A stretch of DNA of 64,000 nucleotides from an uncultured Bacteroidota bacterium (GTDB lineage Bacteria > Bacteroidota > Bacteroidia > Chitinophagales > Chitinophagaceae). The stretch is taken from positions 240,092-304,091 of the forward strand of contig CAVSRV010000011.1 in NCBI GenBank assembly GCA_963730425.1, in the 5' to 3' direction. Positions 31,206 through 40,800 of this stretch are shown one piece after another. Every line of letters begins with the position of its first letter. Position 1 is the first letter of the stretch. The translations under genes and the position numbers were made by a program. Below the pieces are notes generated by a model. It worked only from the letters and a program-made list of their open reading frames with translations. It was not told the DNA's origin and did no database searches.

Positions 31206-32258
31206 TTAAAGTTGATTGATGAGATTTGTGAGGGCTTTTACACTTTCGAGAGGTAGGGCATTATATAACGAAACCCTATAGCCGCCTACGCTTCTGTGTC
31301 CTTTTACACCAATCACATTTTGGTCTTTGCAGGCTTCCAGGAACTTTTTTTCCAATTGGGAGTCTTTAATCAGGAAAACCACATTCATGCGGCTGCGGTC
31401 TTCCTTTGATACAGTTGGTTCAAATCCTTCCTTTGCATCCAGGGTTTTGTAAAGCAGATCGGCCTTTGCCTTGTTAATTTTTTCAATTGCTGAAACACCA
31501 CCCTGTTTTTTTAACCAGCGAAGGGTAAGCATACAAACATAAATGGCAAAAACCGGTGGTGTGTTAAGCATGGATCCTGCCTCGATATGCTGGCGATAAT
31601 CCATCATGCCGGGAAGTTTGCGGTTCACTTTTCCCAGAATATCCTTTCTTATAACAACCATGTTTACACCTGCTGCGCCAATATTTTTCTGGGCGCCTGC
31701 ATAGATCAGCGCAAATCGGTTAAAATCTGTTTCATAACTCAGGATATCACTGCTCATGTCGGCCACCAGCGGGATATTCGTTTCAGGGATGGAAAACATT
31801 TCCGTTCCTTCAATGGTGTTGTTGGTAGTATAATGAAAGTAAGCGGCGTCTGGCGGGATTTTAAATTCTTTAGGGATATAGGTATAATTTTTATCTTTTG
31901 ATGAAGCAACCACTTCTACATTGCCAAACAATCGGGCTTCTTTGATGGCTTTAGAGCCCCAGACTCCGCAATCGAGATAAGCAGCTGTTTGATTTTCGTT
32001 GAGAAGATTCATTGGTACCTGAAAAAACTGTGTGGTTGCGCCTCCATGAAGAAATAATACATCATGGTCTGCATCCAGTTTCATAAGTTCCTTTGCAAGC
32101 AGTACGGTTTCATCCATCACCGATTGAAACAACGCGGTCCTGTGTCCGATTTCAAGAATGGAAAGTCCTGTATCTCTAAAATTCAAAATACCCTTAGCAG
32201 CTTCTTCAAAAACTTCTTTTGGTAAAATACTGGGCCCTGCGTTGAAATTGTGTATCAT
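31206..32258 (-). CDS. serC: Phosphoserine aminotransferase
   Basis: HNFNAGPS, NNTIEGT, DMSS, YAGAQKNIG, NTPP and GHRSVGG motifs. Confidence 0.96.
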   Translation of the reverse strand: MIHNFNAGPSILPKEVFEEAAKGILNFRDTGLSILEIGHRTALFQSVMDETVLLAKELMKLDADHDVLFLHGGATTQFFQVPMNLLNENQTAAYLDCGVWGSKAIKEARLFGNVEVVASSKDKNYTYIPKEFKIPPDAAYFHYTTNNTIEGTEMFSIPETNIPLVADMSSDILSYETDFNRFALIYAGAQKNIGAAGVNMVVIRKDILGKVNRKLPGMMDYRQHIEAGSMLNTPPVFAIYVCMLTLRWLKKQGGVSAIEKINKAKADLLYKTLDAKEGFEPTVSKEDRSRMNVVFLIKDSQLEKKFLEACKDQNVIGVKGHRSVGGYRVSLYNALPLESVKALTNLINQL

Positions 32259-32313
32259 CTATTTCTATCTTGGAGACGCAATTTACGACAATTCGTTGGC
32301 TGTCGGCGTTATT

Positions 32314-32775
32314 TGGTTTATGGTTGATGGTGAATGGTAGATGGTTTTTGATTTAAATAATTAATAAATCCCGTTATCAATTTAATATTTGATTCCAATA
32401 TCTTACTTAAACTATTGTAAGAACCCTGATCGATAATATTAGTCATAAGTGCTACACTCAATAATGTTTCCAATTCATAGGCCGAACCCCTGGAAATATA
32501 TAAAAATTGCAATGAGTCTTTTTTATGGTTTCTTCCAAGACCTTCCGCAAAGTTGCTTGGAATTGATACGGCAGCTCGTCTAGTTTGTGATATTAAACCA
32601 AATCTTTCTTCAGGAGGGTATGATTTCGTTAATAAATAGATTTGTTTCACAGTTTCCATAGAAAAAATCCAAACTTCTAATTTTTTATAACTTATCATAA
32701 TGATATCCTATTTTATAGTTTTTCTCATAAACCATAAACCATAAACCATCTGCCATACACCATATGCCATAAACC
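32314..32775. mobile_element. Candidate cassette: four-helix-bundle gene between inverted heptamer arrays (element G)
   Basis: Left arm tggttta tggttga tggtgaa tggtaga tggtttt (32314-32348); right arm tcataaa ccataaa ccataaa ccatctg ccataca ccatatg ccataaa (32725-32773). The right arm ends 2 nt from the stop codon of the upstream gene. Mobility is inferred, not shown. Confidence 0.5.
32318..32698 (-). CDS. Four helix bundle protein (23S rRNA-IVP / Avd-like family)
   Basis: YKKLEVW, FGLISQTRRAAVSIPSNFAEG, FLYISRGSAYELET. The last codons (PSTIHHQP) are read through the repeat arm. Confidence 0.93.
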   Translation of the reverse strand: MISYKKLEVWIFSMETVKQIYLLTKSYPPEERFGLISQTRRAAVSIPSNFAEGLGRNHKKDSLQFLYISRGSAYELETLLSVALMTNIIDQGSYNSLSKILESNIKLITGFINYLNQKPSTIHHQP

Positions 32776-33741
32776 TCAATCACAATCCCTCCCCAAAATC
32801 TTCCCATTCATCCATTCGAGATTTAATCTCTGATATTCCTTTTGTTCAGAAATTGAAAGGCTGTCGTTTGCAAGATGATCAAGTGCGGGTTGCCCGGCAT
32901 TCACCCATGCTGTATACCAGCAGGATGCCACAGCAAAAATTGACTGGCGCATGCGGCGCTCAATCATATGATTTAATTTTCTTTCATAGAGAGTTGCATA
33001 AGAGGTAGAATATTGTTTCAGGATTTTTCCCTTGCGCTCCTCAAATGCATATTTCTGATCGGGTCTGAAAAGACTGCTGATTTCTTTTTCACAACGTAGC
33101 ACTGTGTCTGCAGCAGCCGCACTCTCCAGGATCCTATCCCAGATAAATGAAGAAAGATCCGGGATATAAACTGCCTTACCAATAAAAAAATTCCAATCTG
33201 TTTCCGCCAATAATTCAGGAATCCTGGATTCCCAGAATGCGTGTATGCCTTCCTGATGTGTCATCTGGCCATTGTGATTGGAACATACATGCAGCGGAAC
33301 ATGCGCATCGGCCACATAGTGACCCAATTCAGCGGCATTTTTGAGGATGGCCTGTTTGTCTTTTTCACGGAAAGCCTTTGTGAGCCGACTCATCATAATC
33401 TGGATCCACCAAGGAACGATTCCGTAATGCTGTAAACTGTCGGCCGAATATTTCTGAATGGCCGATTTATAATCTCTGGGAATAGCAGGGAAGGGGTAAA
33501 CTCCATAATGGTCAATATCCAGAAAATGATGTGCACCCTCGCTGGCTACCATATACCTTCTTTTATCCGGATCCACCGCGTGTTCGGAAAGGAAACTTAT
33601 AGAAGGCTTGAAAAGAATCATCATCTGCGGCGGCAGAAGAAAAACAGCATAGTAATTTATTTTTTCATGCATGTAAAAACCCCAGCAGTAGGAACGGTGC
33701 GATAAAAGTATCAGGATGATGATGTAGCAGAGCTCCTTCAT
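32776..33741 (-). CDS. S1/P1 nuclease / zinc-dependent phospholipase C family protein
   Basis: Mature N-terminus WGFYMH, AVDPDKRR, LGHYVADAHVPLH and IHAFWES motifs. Confidence 0.88.
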   Translation of the reverse strand: MKELCYIIILILLSHRSYCWGFYMHEKINYYAVFLLPPQMMILFKPSISFLSEHAVDPDKRRYMVASEGAHHFLDIDHYGVYPFPAIPRDYKSAIQKYSADSLQHYGIVPWWIQIMMSRLTKAFREKDKQAILKNAAELGHYVADAHVPLHVCSNHNGQMTHQEGIHAFWESRIPELLAETDWNFFIGKAVYIPDLSSFIWDRILESAAAADTVLRCEKEISSLFRPDQKYAFEERKGKILKQYSTSYATLYERKLNHMIERRMRQSIFAVASCWYTAWVNAGQPALDHLANDSLSISEQKEYQRLNLEWMNGKILGRDCD

Positions 33742-33762
33742 AAAAGAGAGTTATCTACTAAT

Positions 33763-33894
33763 CGTTGGCTGTTGGTCGTTGGCGGTTGGCTGACTTCAAT
33801 AAAACATCCAAAATAAATTTATGTTTCTAATATACCAATACCACTTATAGTGTTTTAATATTTACGGCCAACTGCCAACGGCCAACCGCCAACG
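33763..33894. repeat. Inverted pair of heptamer arrays (element H; NGTTGGC / GCCAACN)
   Basis: cgttggc tgttggt cgttggc ggttggc (33763-33790) and gccaact gccaacg gccaacc gccaacg (33867-33894); 76-bp AT-rich spacer. Confidence 0.9.
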
Positions 33895-33899
33895 AATAC

Positions 33900-34520
33900 T
33901 CATTCATCAATATTCGTGACCCCGCCGGAGATGGCGAATTTCATTGCCTCTGTCGAAGAGATATCGGTGATCAGACGGACTCTTTCTTTTTTTACAAAAA
34001 ACAAATGGCCCGCAAAAGCATAAGATTGTGGTACATATACTGAAATATATTCCTGCAAACCGAATTCTGCCAGCTCTTCATGAGTTATGAATCCAATCCG
34101 CCAGATATCCGTTGATTCAATACTAACCAGAACTGCCCGGTCGAATTTGCGCTTGTTGCCGGCAAAAGCTTCAAAAAAATCTTTGATAGTACTATAAATT
34201 ATTTTAATGCCTGGTGTCTTCTCCAGTATATTATCGAAAAGTTCTACCAGCTTGCTTACTATAAAGGATGAAGAAACATAACCTACTATCAGAACAATGA
34301 CGATAACAAGGATAAATCCAATTCCGGGGATATGCCTGGGGTTCCCGCTTTCGTCCAGGGCCAGCTTTGGAAAAAGGCTGTGAATGAAATTAGGCAGTAT
34401 ACTGTCCACCCAGTTAAATAAGGAAAGTACTGTCCATAATGTGATCGTGATAGGTGCCAGGATGATCAGCCCCTGCAAAAAATACCTGAACAGTTTGCTG
34501 AATAGGGTCTTCAATTTCAT
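33900..34520 (-). CDS. DUF502 domain membrane protein
   Basis: YFLQGL..LAP, TPGIKIIYSTIKD, GFIT, VYVPQSY and EAMKF..SGG motifs. Confidence 0.9.
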   Translation of the reverse strand: MKLKTLFSKLFRYFLQGLIILAPITITLWTVLSLFNWVDSILPNFIHSLFPKLALDESGNPRHIPGIGFILVIVIVLIVGYVSSSFIVSKLVELFDNILEKTPGIKIIYSTIKDFFEAFAGNKRKFDRAVLVSIESTDIWRIGFITHEELAEFGLQEYISVYVPQSYAFAGHLFFVKKERVRLITDISSTEAMKFAISGGVTNIDE

Positions 34521-34569
34521 AAACAGTGGTTTATAACCAAAAATCGGCGAAATCACCGAAAATATCGGT

Positions 34570-34606
34570 GGAAACTTTGGTTACATAAATAGTTTCCGTA
34601 GTTTTG
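34570..34606 (+). promoter_or_regulatory. Complete Bacteroidota promoter (TTTG-N19-TAGTTTTG) overlapped by a palindrome, probable TetR operator
   Basis: TTTG 34576-34579 and TAGTTTTG 34599-34606; inverted repeat GGAAACT (34570-34576) / AGTTTCC (34591-34597). Confidence 0.65.
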
Positions 34607-34627
34607 CACTTCTCTGGAGGATATAAA

Positions 34628-35266
34628 ATGGAAAATAAAGACAGAATACTTGAGAAAGCGACCGACCTGTTCATGCGTTACGGGATCCGGTCCATTACCA
34701 TGGATGAAATCGCGGCACAGCTTGGCATCAGCAAGAAGACGATCTATCAGTTTTTTACCGATAAAGACGCCATGGTTGAGGCTGTTGTGAGTGCTGAAAC
34801 CAGCCGGAACGAAGAGGGTTGCAGGGGCTTCAGCCTGACGGCAGAAAATGCGGTTCATGAAATTTTCCTGGCACTGGACTCTTTTCAGGAAATGCTGAAA
34901 GCAATGAATCCTCAGTTAGTCTACGACCTGGAAAAGCATCATCCTGTGGCATTCAAACGGCTGAAACAATATAAACACCAATTTCTCTACACAATTATTA
35001 AAGAGAATCTGGAAAGGGGTGCGCGGGAGGATTTATACCGCACGGATCTGAATATCGATCTGACAACCAGGCACCGGATAGAATCGGCATTTATGCCTTT
35101 TAATCAGGAGGCTTTTCCCCTAAACAAATATCCGATGAACCAGACCTGCAAGGAACTGGCCATTCTTTTTTTGCATAGCATCTGCAATCAAAATGGGAAA
35201 AAACTGATTGAAAAATATTTGAATGAAAGACAAAAAACCTTCTCAAATGAACAAAAGATTTCATAA
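34628..35266 (+). CDS. TetR/AcrR family transcriptional regulator
   Basis: HTH region LFMRYGIRSITMDEIAAQLGISKKTIYQFF. Confidence 0.95.
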   Translation: MENKDRILEKATDLFMRYGIRSITMDEIAAQLGISKKTIYQFFTDKDAMVEAVVSAETSRNEEGCRGFSLTAENAVHEIFLALDSFQEMLKAMNPQLVYDLEKHHPVAFKRLKQYKHQFLYTIIKENLERGAREDLYRTDLNIDLTTRHRIESAFMPFNQEAFPLNKYPMNQTCKELAILFLHSICNQNGKKLIEKYLNERQKTFSNEQKIS

Positions 35267-36596
35267 CCGATTATCTCTGACGATAATCCTGACCTTCTTC
35301 GGGATGGCTTTTTCAGAAGCTCAATCCATCCATAATCTGACCATCCAGGATGCATTGGAACTGGCGAAGAAAAATAATATACAGGTGAAAACAGCAATTG
35401 CCAACCTGGAGGTTCAGGAACAAACGAATAAACAATTAACTGCCGACGCCCTGCCTCTCATTTCTGCTACCGGTACTTCAACAAATTATTTTCAGATTCC
35501 GGTGATCGTGTTGGCAGCGAATTCATTCGGACCAAATTTTCCGCCGACCAGTCAGGCATTCTCTCTGAATCAGAAATATAACCTCACAGCAGGCGTACAA
35601 TTGACTCAGAAACTATTTGACGGAGCAGTTTTTGTCGGCCTGAAAGCAAGAAGCAGTGCATTGGACTATTATAAAAAGAATATCGACCTCACCATTGAGA
35701 GCCTATCGGTGAATGTTTATAAAACTTACTATTCACTTGTCGTAAGTAAAACCCAGCTTGAATTACTTGACGCGAATATTGCACGGGCGGCGAAATTTCT
35801 GCATGATACCAAAGTGATGAATGAAAACGGATTTGCAGAGAAACTGGATGTAAACAAAGCCGTTGTGCAATTGGCGAATCTCCAAACTTCCAGAGAAAAT
35901 ACGGAAACGAATATTGTTAATGGTTACCTCACACTTAAGTTTTTAATCGGCCTCCCAGCGGCTGATTCAGTACAGCTGACTACAAGTTTCGATGAAGCAC
36001 AATTGAAAGGTGGTATTCCGATGGATCTGCAGTACCGGTATGAAGACAGATATGATTTTCAAACCCTGCAGATTTCAAAACAATTGAGTGAGTTTGATGT
36101 AAAAAGATACCAGGCCGTTTACTATCCTACACTCAGTTTGAATGGTTCTTATTCGAAGAACGCGCTCAACAATACATTCGATCTTTTTAGCAATTCAAGT
36201 ACCTGGTACAGTACCTCTTATTTCGGATTCACTTTGAATGTTCCCATATTCAGTGGTTTTTCAAAGGATGCTAATCTTAAAAAGGCAAGAGTACAATCAA
36301 ACCTTATCAGTGATCAGTTGGAAAATCTGAAGCAGAATATTGATGTTGAAGTCCGCACCGCCAGAAACAATTTTATTAACGCCATCAGCAATATGGATAA
36401 CCAGAAGGAAAATACCAGCCTGGCGGAATCTGTATATGATCAGACCAAGAAAAAATATGAGTCGGGTCTTGCATCATCAACAGATCTGACCAATGCCCAG
36501 ACTGACCTGATCCAGGCACAATCCAATTATATAAACGCACTTTATAATGCAGTGGTAGCCAAAGTGGATTACCTCAAAGCCATCGGTAAAATTTAA
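35247..36596 (+). CDS. TolC family outer-membrane efflux protein
   Basis: Signal peptide; ADALPLISA, YYPTLSL, LNVPIFSG and YESGLAS..DL motifs. Confidence 0.92.
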   Translation: MNKRFHNRLSLTIILTFFGMAFSEAQSIHNLTIQDALELAKKNNIQVKTAIANLEVQEQTNKQLTADALPLISATGTSTNYFQIPVIVLAANSFGPNFPPTSQAFSLNQKYNLTAGVQLTQKLFDGAVFVGLKARSSALDYYKKNIDLTIESLSVNVYKTYYSLVVSKTQLELLDANIARAAKFLHDTKVMNENGFAEKLDVNKAVVQLANLQTSRENTETNIVNGYLTLKFLIGLPAADSVQLTTSFDEAQLKGGIPMDLQYRYEDRYDFQTLQISKQLSEFDVKRYQAVYYPTLSLNGSYSKNALNNTFDLFSNSSTWYSTSYFGFTLNVPIFSGFSKDANLKKARVQSNLISDQLENLKQNIDVEVRTARNNFINAISNMDNQKENTSLAESVYDQTKKKYESGLASSTDLTNAQTDLIQAQSNYINALYNAVVAKVDYLKAIGKI

Positions 36597-36617
36597 TAAC
36601 GCCAAACAAACCAGATT

Positions 36618-37766
36618 ATGAATAAGATACTTTTATCTACCCTGTTTACCGGAACCATATTGTTCATGTCATGTGGACAAACGGTCGATCCTGTCGCAAA
36701 GAAAAAAGCAGAACTGCAGAGTTTGAAAGATCAGCAGGTGGCACTGGTGACAAAAATCCAGAAAACAGAAAAGGAGTTGGCTGATATAGATACTTCCGCT
36801 GTAAAAAAAGAGAAGACAAAATTGGTAGCTATCAAGCCCGTAACGCCAGTTGACTTCACCCATTACATTGAATTACAGGGTAGGATAGATGCATTGAATA
36901 TTGCCTATGTAACACCCAGAAATGGTAGTGGCGGACAGGTAAAAAATATTTATGTTAAGCAGGGTGATATGGTGAAGAAGGGACAATTATTACTTAAACT
37001 CGACGATGCCTTGTTAATTCAACAGCTGGCGACAGCTAAGCAACAACTCTCCTTTGCACAGGATTTATATAACAGGAGGAAAAATCTCTGGGCACAACAG
37101 ATTGGTTCTGAAGTTGAATTAGTCACATCTAAAAATCAGGTTGACCAGATGCAAAGACAGGTTGATTTTATTAATAAACAGATTGAGCTTACTAATGTGT
37201 ACGCAGATATCAGCGGTGTTGCTGATAATGTAAACGTGCGTCTTGGTGAGTTTTTCAATGGTAATAATCAGATCCGCATTGTAAATACTAATGAACTTAA
37301 AGCCGTCGCGCAGGTACCTGAAAATTATTTAGGGAAAGTGAACGTAGGCAGCAATGTAAAAGTGGTGATTCCGGAACTCAAAAATAAAACCATCGATACA
37401 AAGATTTCCGTAACCGGTAAAACGATCGACGCTACAAACAGGAGTTTTTATGTGGAATCCAAACTTTCTTACGAAAAGGATCTCTATCCGAACCAGATAG
37501 CACTGATTAAAATACAGGACTATGCTGCGTCTAATGCTATCACCATCCCTGTGAACAGTCTCCAAAATGATGAAAACGGAAAGTATGTAATGGTGGCAGT
37601 GAAAGATGGTGATCGTCTGGTTGCGAGTAAAAAGCCCATTACCATAGGAATGATGTATGGTGACAAAATCGAAGTTTTGAAAGGCATCCAGGCAGGTGAT
37701 GAAATTATTACAGAAGGATATCAGGGCCTGTATGATCAACAACCTATAACAACACAGGTACAATGA
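36618..37766 (+). CDS. RND efflux periplasmic adaptor (lipoprotein)
   Basis: Lipobox FMSC; VKQGDMVKKGQLL, VYADISG and GIQAGDEII motifs. Confidence 0.92.
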   Translation: MNKILLSTLFTGTILFMSCGQTVDPVAKKKAELQSLKDQQVALVTKIQKTEKELADIDTSAVKKEKTKLVAIKPVTPVDFTHYIELQGRIDALNIAYVTPRNGSGGQVKNIYVKQGDMVKKGQLLLKLDDALLIQQLATAKQQLSFAQDLYNRRKNLWAQQIGSEVELVTSKNQVDQMQRQVDFINKQIELTNVYADISGVADNVNVRLGEFFNGNNQIRIVNTNELKAVAQVPENYLGKVNVGSNVKVVIPELKNKTIDTKISVTGKTIDATNRSFYVESKLSYEKDLYPNQIALIKIQDYAASNAITIPVNSLQNDENGKYVMVAVKDGDRLVASKKPITIGMMYGDKIEVLKGIQAGDEIITEGYQGLYDQQPITTQVQ

Positions 37767-37803
37767 ATCAGCGAGTTATCTATAACCATTCCAATTCATT
37801 TTT

Positions 37804-40800
37804 ATGAGCGCACTGGAAAATTTTAAACAGAAATTTAAGGAGTTTAAACCCACAAGCTGGGCTATCGACAATAAAACTTCTATTTACCTCCTGTTCATAT
37901 TTGTGACCATCCTGGGTGTAAACAAATTTGTTACAACTCCCAAGGAACAGTTTCCCGATATTGTAATACCGACAATATATGTGCAGACAACCTACGTGGG
38001 GAATTCTCCAAAGGATATTGAAAATCTCGTAACCCGTCCAATCGAAAAACAAATCAAGGGAATAACGGGAGCCAAGATCAATAAACTGACAAGTACTTCG
38101 GTCCAGGATTTTTCTGCTATCATTGTGGAATTCGAAACGGATGTTCAGACGGATGTGGCCCTTCAGAAGGTAAAAGACGCTGTAGATAAATCAAAACCAG
38201 ATTTGCCGACGGATCTGACCGTACAACCGAACGTGATGGAAGTGAGTATATCGGATGTGCCAATAATGTATGTGAATGTGAGCGGTAATTACGATGGGCA
38301 ACATCTTAAAAAATTTGCCGACGACCTGAAGGATAAATTGGAAGAAGTTTCTCAGATCAACCGTGTTGATGAAGTGGGTGCGCCAGAACGTGAGTTTCAG
38401 ATCAACGTGGACAATTACAAAATGCAGAGTTCGAACATCACGTTTAATGACATAGCAAATGCTGTGGCCAATGAAAACATGGATATTTCCGGCGGTTTAC
38501 TTGATGTAGGCACCATGAAACGGACCCTTCAGCTCAAGGGGCAATTTAAATCTGCTGCCGATATCGCACAGATTGTCATACGAAATACTTCTGCCGCTCC
38601 GATTTATCTTAAAGACATTGCTACTATCGTCGACACAGTTAAGCAAAGTGAAAGTTATTCCCGGCTGAACGGCAAAAACGTCGTGACCCTGAATATTATC
38701 AAGCGCAGCGGTGAGAATTTAATTGAAACATCAGACGAAGTAAAACGCATTGTGGCCGAAATGAAGGAAACACAGTTTCCCAAAGATCTGGCTATAGTAG
38801 TTACCGGCGATCAAAGCAGAACGACCCGCACTTCATTTAACGACCTCGTAAATTCCATCGTTATTGGATTTGTACTTGTGCTGGTGATTCTGATGTTTTT
38901 TATGGGTGTCACGAATGCCTTTTTCGTAGCGCTTTCAGTGCCTCTCAGCATGTTTGTAGCTTTTATGTTTTTGCCCGCAGCTGATATCATCATAGGTGGA
39001 CATGTCACGCTGAATTTTATTGTACTTTTTGCATTGCTCTTCGGTCTGGGGATCATAGTGGACGATGCGATTGTGGTAATTGAAAATACGCATCGGATTT
39101 TTACTGAGGGGAAGGGAAAAGTAACTTCCATTATCGCAGCTAAAGTAGCGGCAGGTGAAATTTTTATACCGGTTCTGGTCGGCACATTAACTACTCTTGC
39201 ACCATTTTTCCCTTTATTATTCTGGCCGGGACTGATTGGAAAGTTTATGATCTACCTGCCCGTGATGTTGATTTTTACACTTTCTGCATCCCTGATAGTG
39301 GCTTTCATCATGAACCCGATTTTTGCGGTTGACTTTATGAACCATGAGGAAGAGGGGCATGCTTTAAGAAGATCAAGAGTATTCAGAAATCCGCTTTTCT
39401 ATACATTCCTTGTTCTTGGAATATTTTGCGACTTGTATCATTTTACTTTCGCGGGGAATTTGCTGATCTTCTTCAGTATACTAATGTTCCTGAATGCCTA
39501 TCTGTTTACGGGCATGATACATACATTCCAGAATCGCAGTCTTCCCTGGATCATGAGTCATTATGAAAAAGGCTTAAGATGGGCTTTGAAAGGGTGGAGA
39601 CCGGTGTGGTTACTTTTTAGCACCTTCCTGTTATTAGTATTCTCCTTTGTATTTCTTGGTATCAGAAAAGTGCCGGTTGTATTCTTTCCAAAGGGCGACC
39701 CGAATTTTATATATGTGTACCTCAAACTGCCAGTAGGAACCAATGTAGATTATACCGATTCTGTAACACATCAGTTAGAGACCAGGGTAGATAAAGTATT
39801 GGGAATGGAAGATGGAAAATTAAATCCTCTCGTCGAAAGCGTGATTTCAAATGTGGCGATCGGGGCAGGTGATCCTCAGAGTGGGGATCGCAGTACAAGA
39901 CCTGAATTGGGACGTGTGCAGGTTTCTTTTGTTGAATTTGAAAAACGTCATGGAAAAGCAACCACACCAATTCTGGATTCAATCAGGGCAGCATTAAAAG
40001 GAATCCCGGGAGCAGAGATTTCAGTTGATCAGGAGCAGAATGGTCCGCCTACTGATCCGCCGATTAATATCGAAATTGCCAGTGATAATTTCGAAAACCT
40101 CACTACCACGGCTTCTGCTTTGAAAAATTATCTCGATTCTATTCAAATACCGGGAGTAGAAGAATTGAAAATGGATGTGGATCTGACAAATCCTGAAATA
40201 ACACTCACGATCGACAGACAGCGCGCCATGATTGAAGGCGTTAGCACAGCACAGATTGGCCAGCAAATTCGTACGGCTTTGTTCGGCAGGGAACTTTCCA
40301 AAATCAAGGATAATAAAGAAGAATATAAAATACAATTACGCAATACAGAAGTTCAGCGCAAAAATTTGACGGACCTGCTTAATATGAAGATTTTTTTCCG
40401 TGAACCGACAGGGGCTATTAAATCGATTCCCATAACAAACCTGGTTAAAATCGATTTCACCAGTACATATGGAAGTATCAAACGTAAGTCATTAAAAAGA
40501 GTTATAACGCTTAACTCAAATGTACTTACGGGGTACACGCCGCCTGCAGTAAATGCCGAGCTGAAAGATGCGATAGATAATTTCCAGAATAAGGCGGATG
40601 ATGTAACTATTACGCAGACGGGGGAAGGAAAACAACAACAGGAAACAGTTTCATTCCTGGGTTCAGCCCTTCTCTGGGCATTGATGCTGATACTTTTTTT
40701 CCTGGTGTTGCAGTTTAATTCTATCAGCAAGCCCGTAATTATTCTCACTGAAATAATATTTAGTATTATCGGAGTTTTACTGGGATTTGCTTTTACAGGC

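Noticed and set aside
32318-32698. Diversity-generating retroelement, or a 23S rRNA intervening sequence
   Set aside because: No reverse transcriptase, no TR/VR pair differing at adenines, and no rRNA sequence around the gene in this window.
32314-32775. Classical IS element
   Set aside because: No transposase motifs, and I could not identify a target-site duplication at either end.
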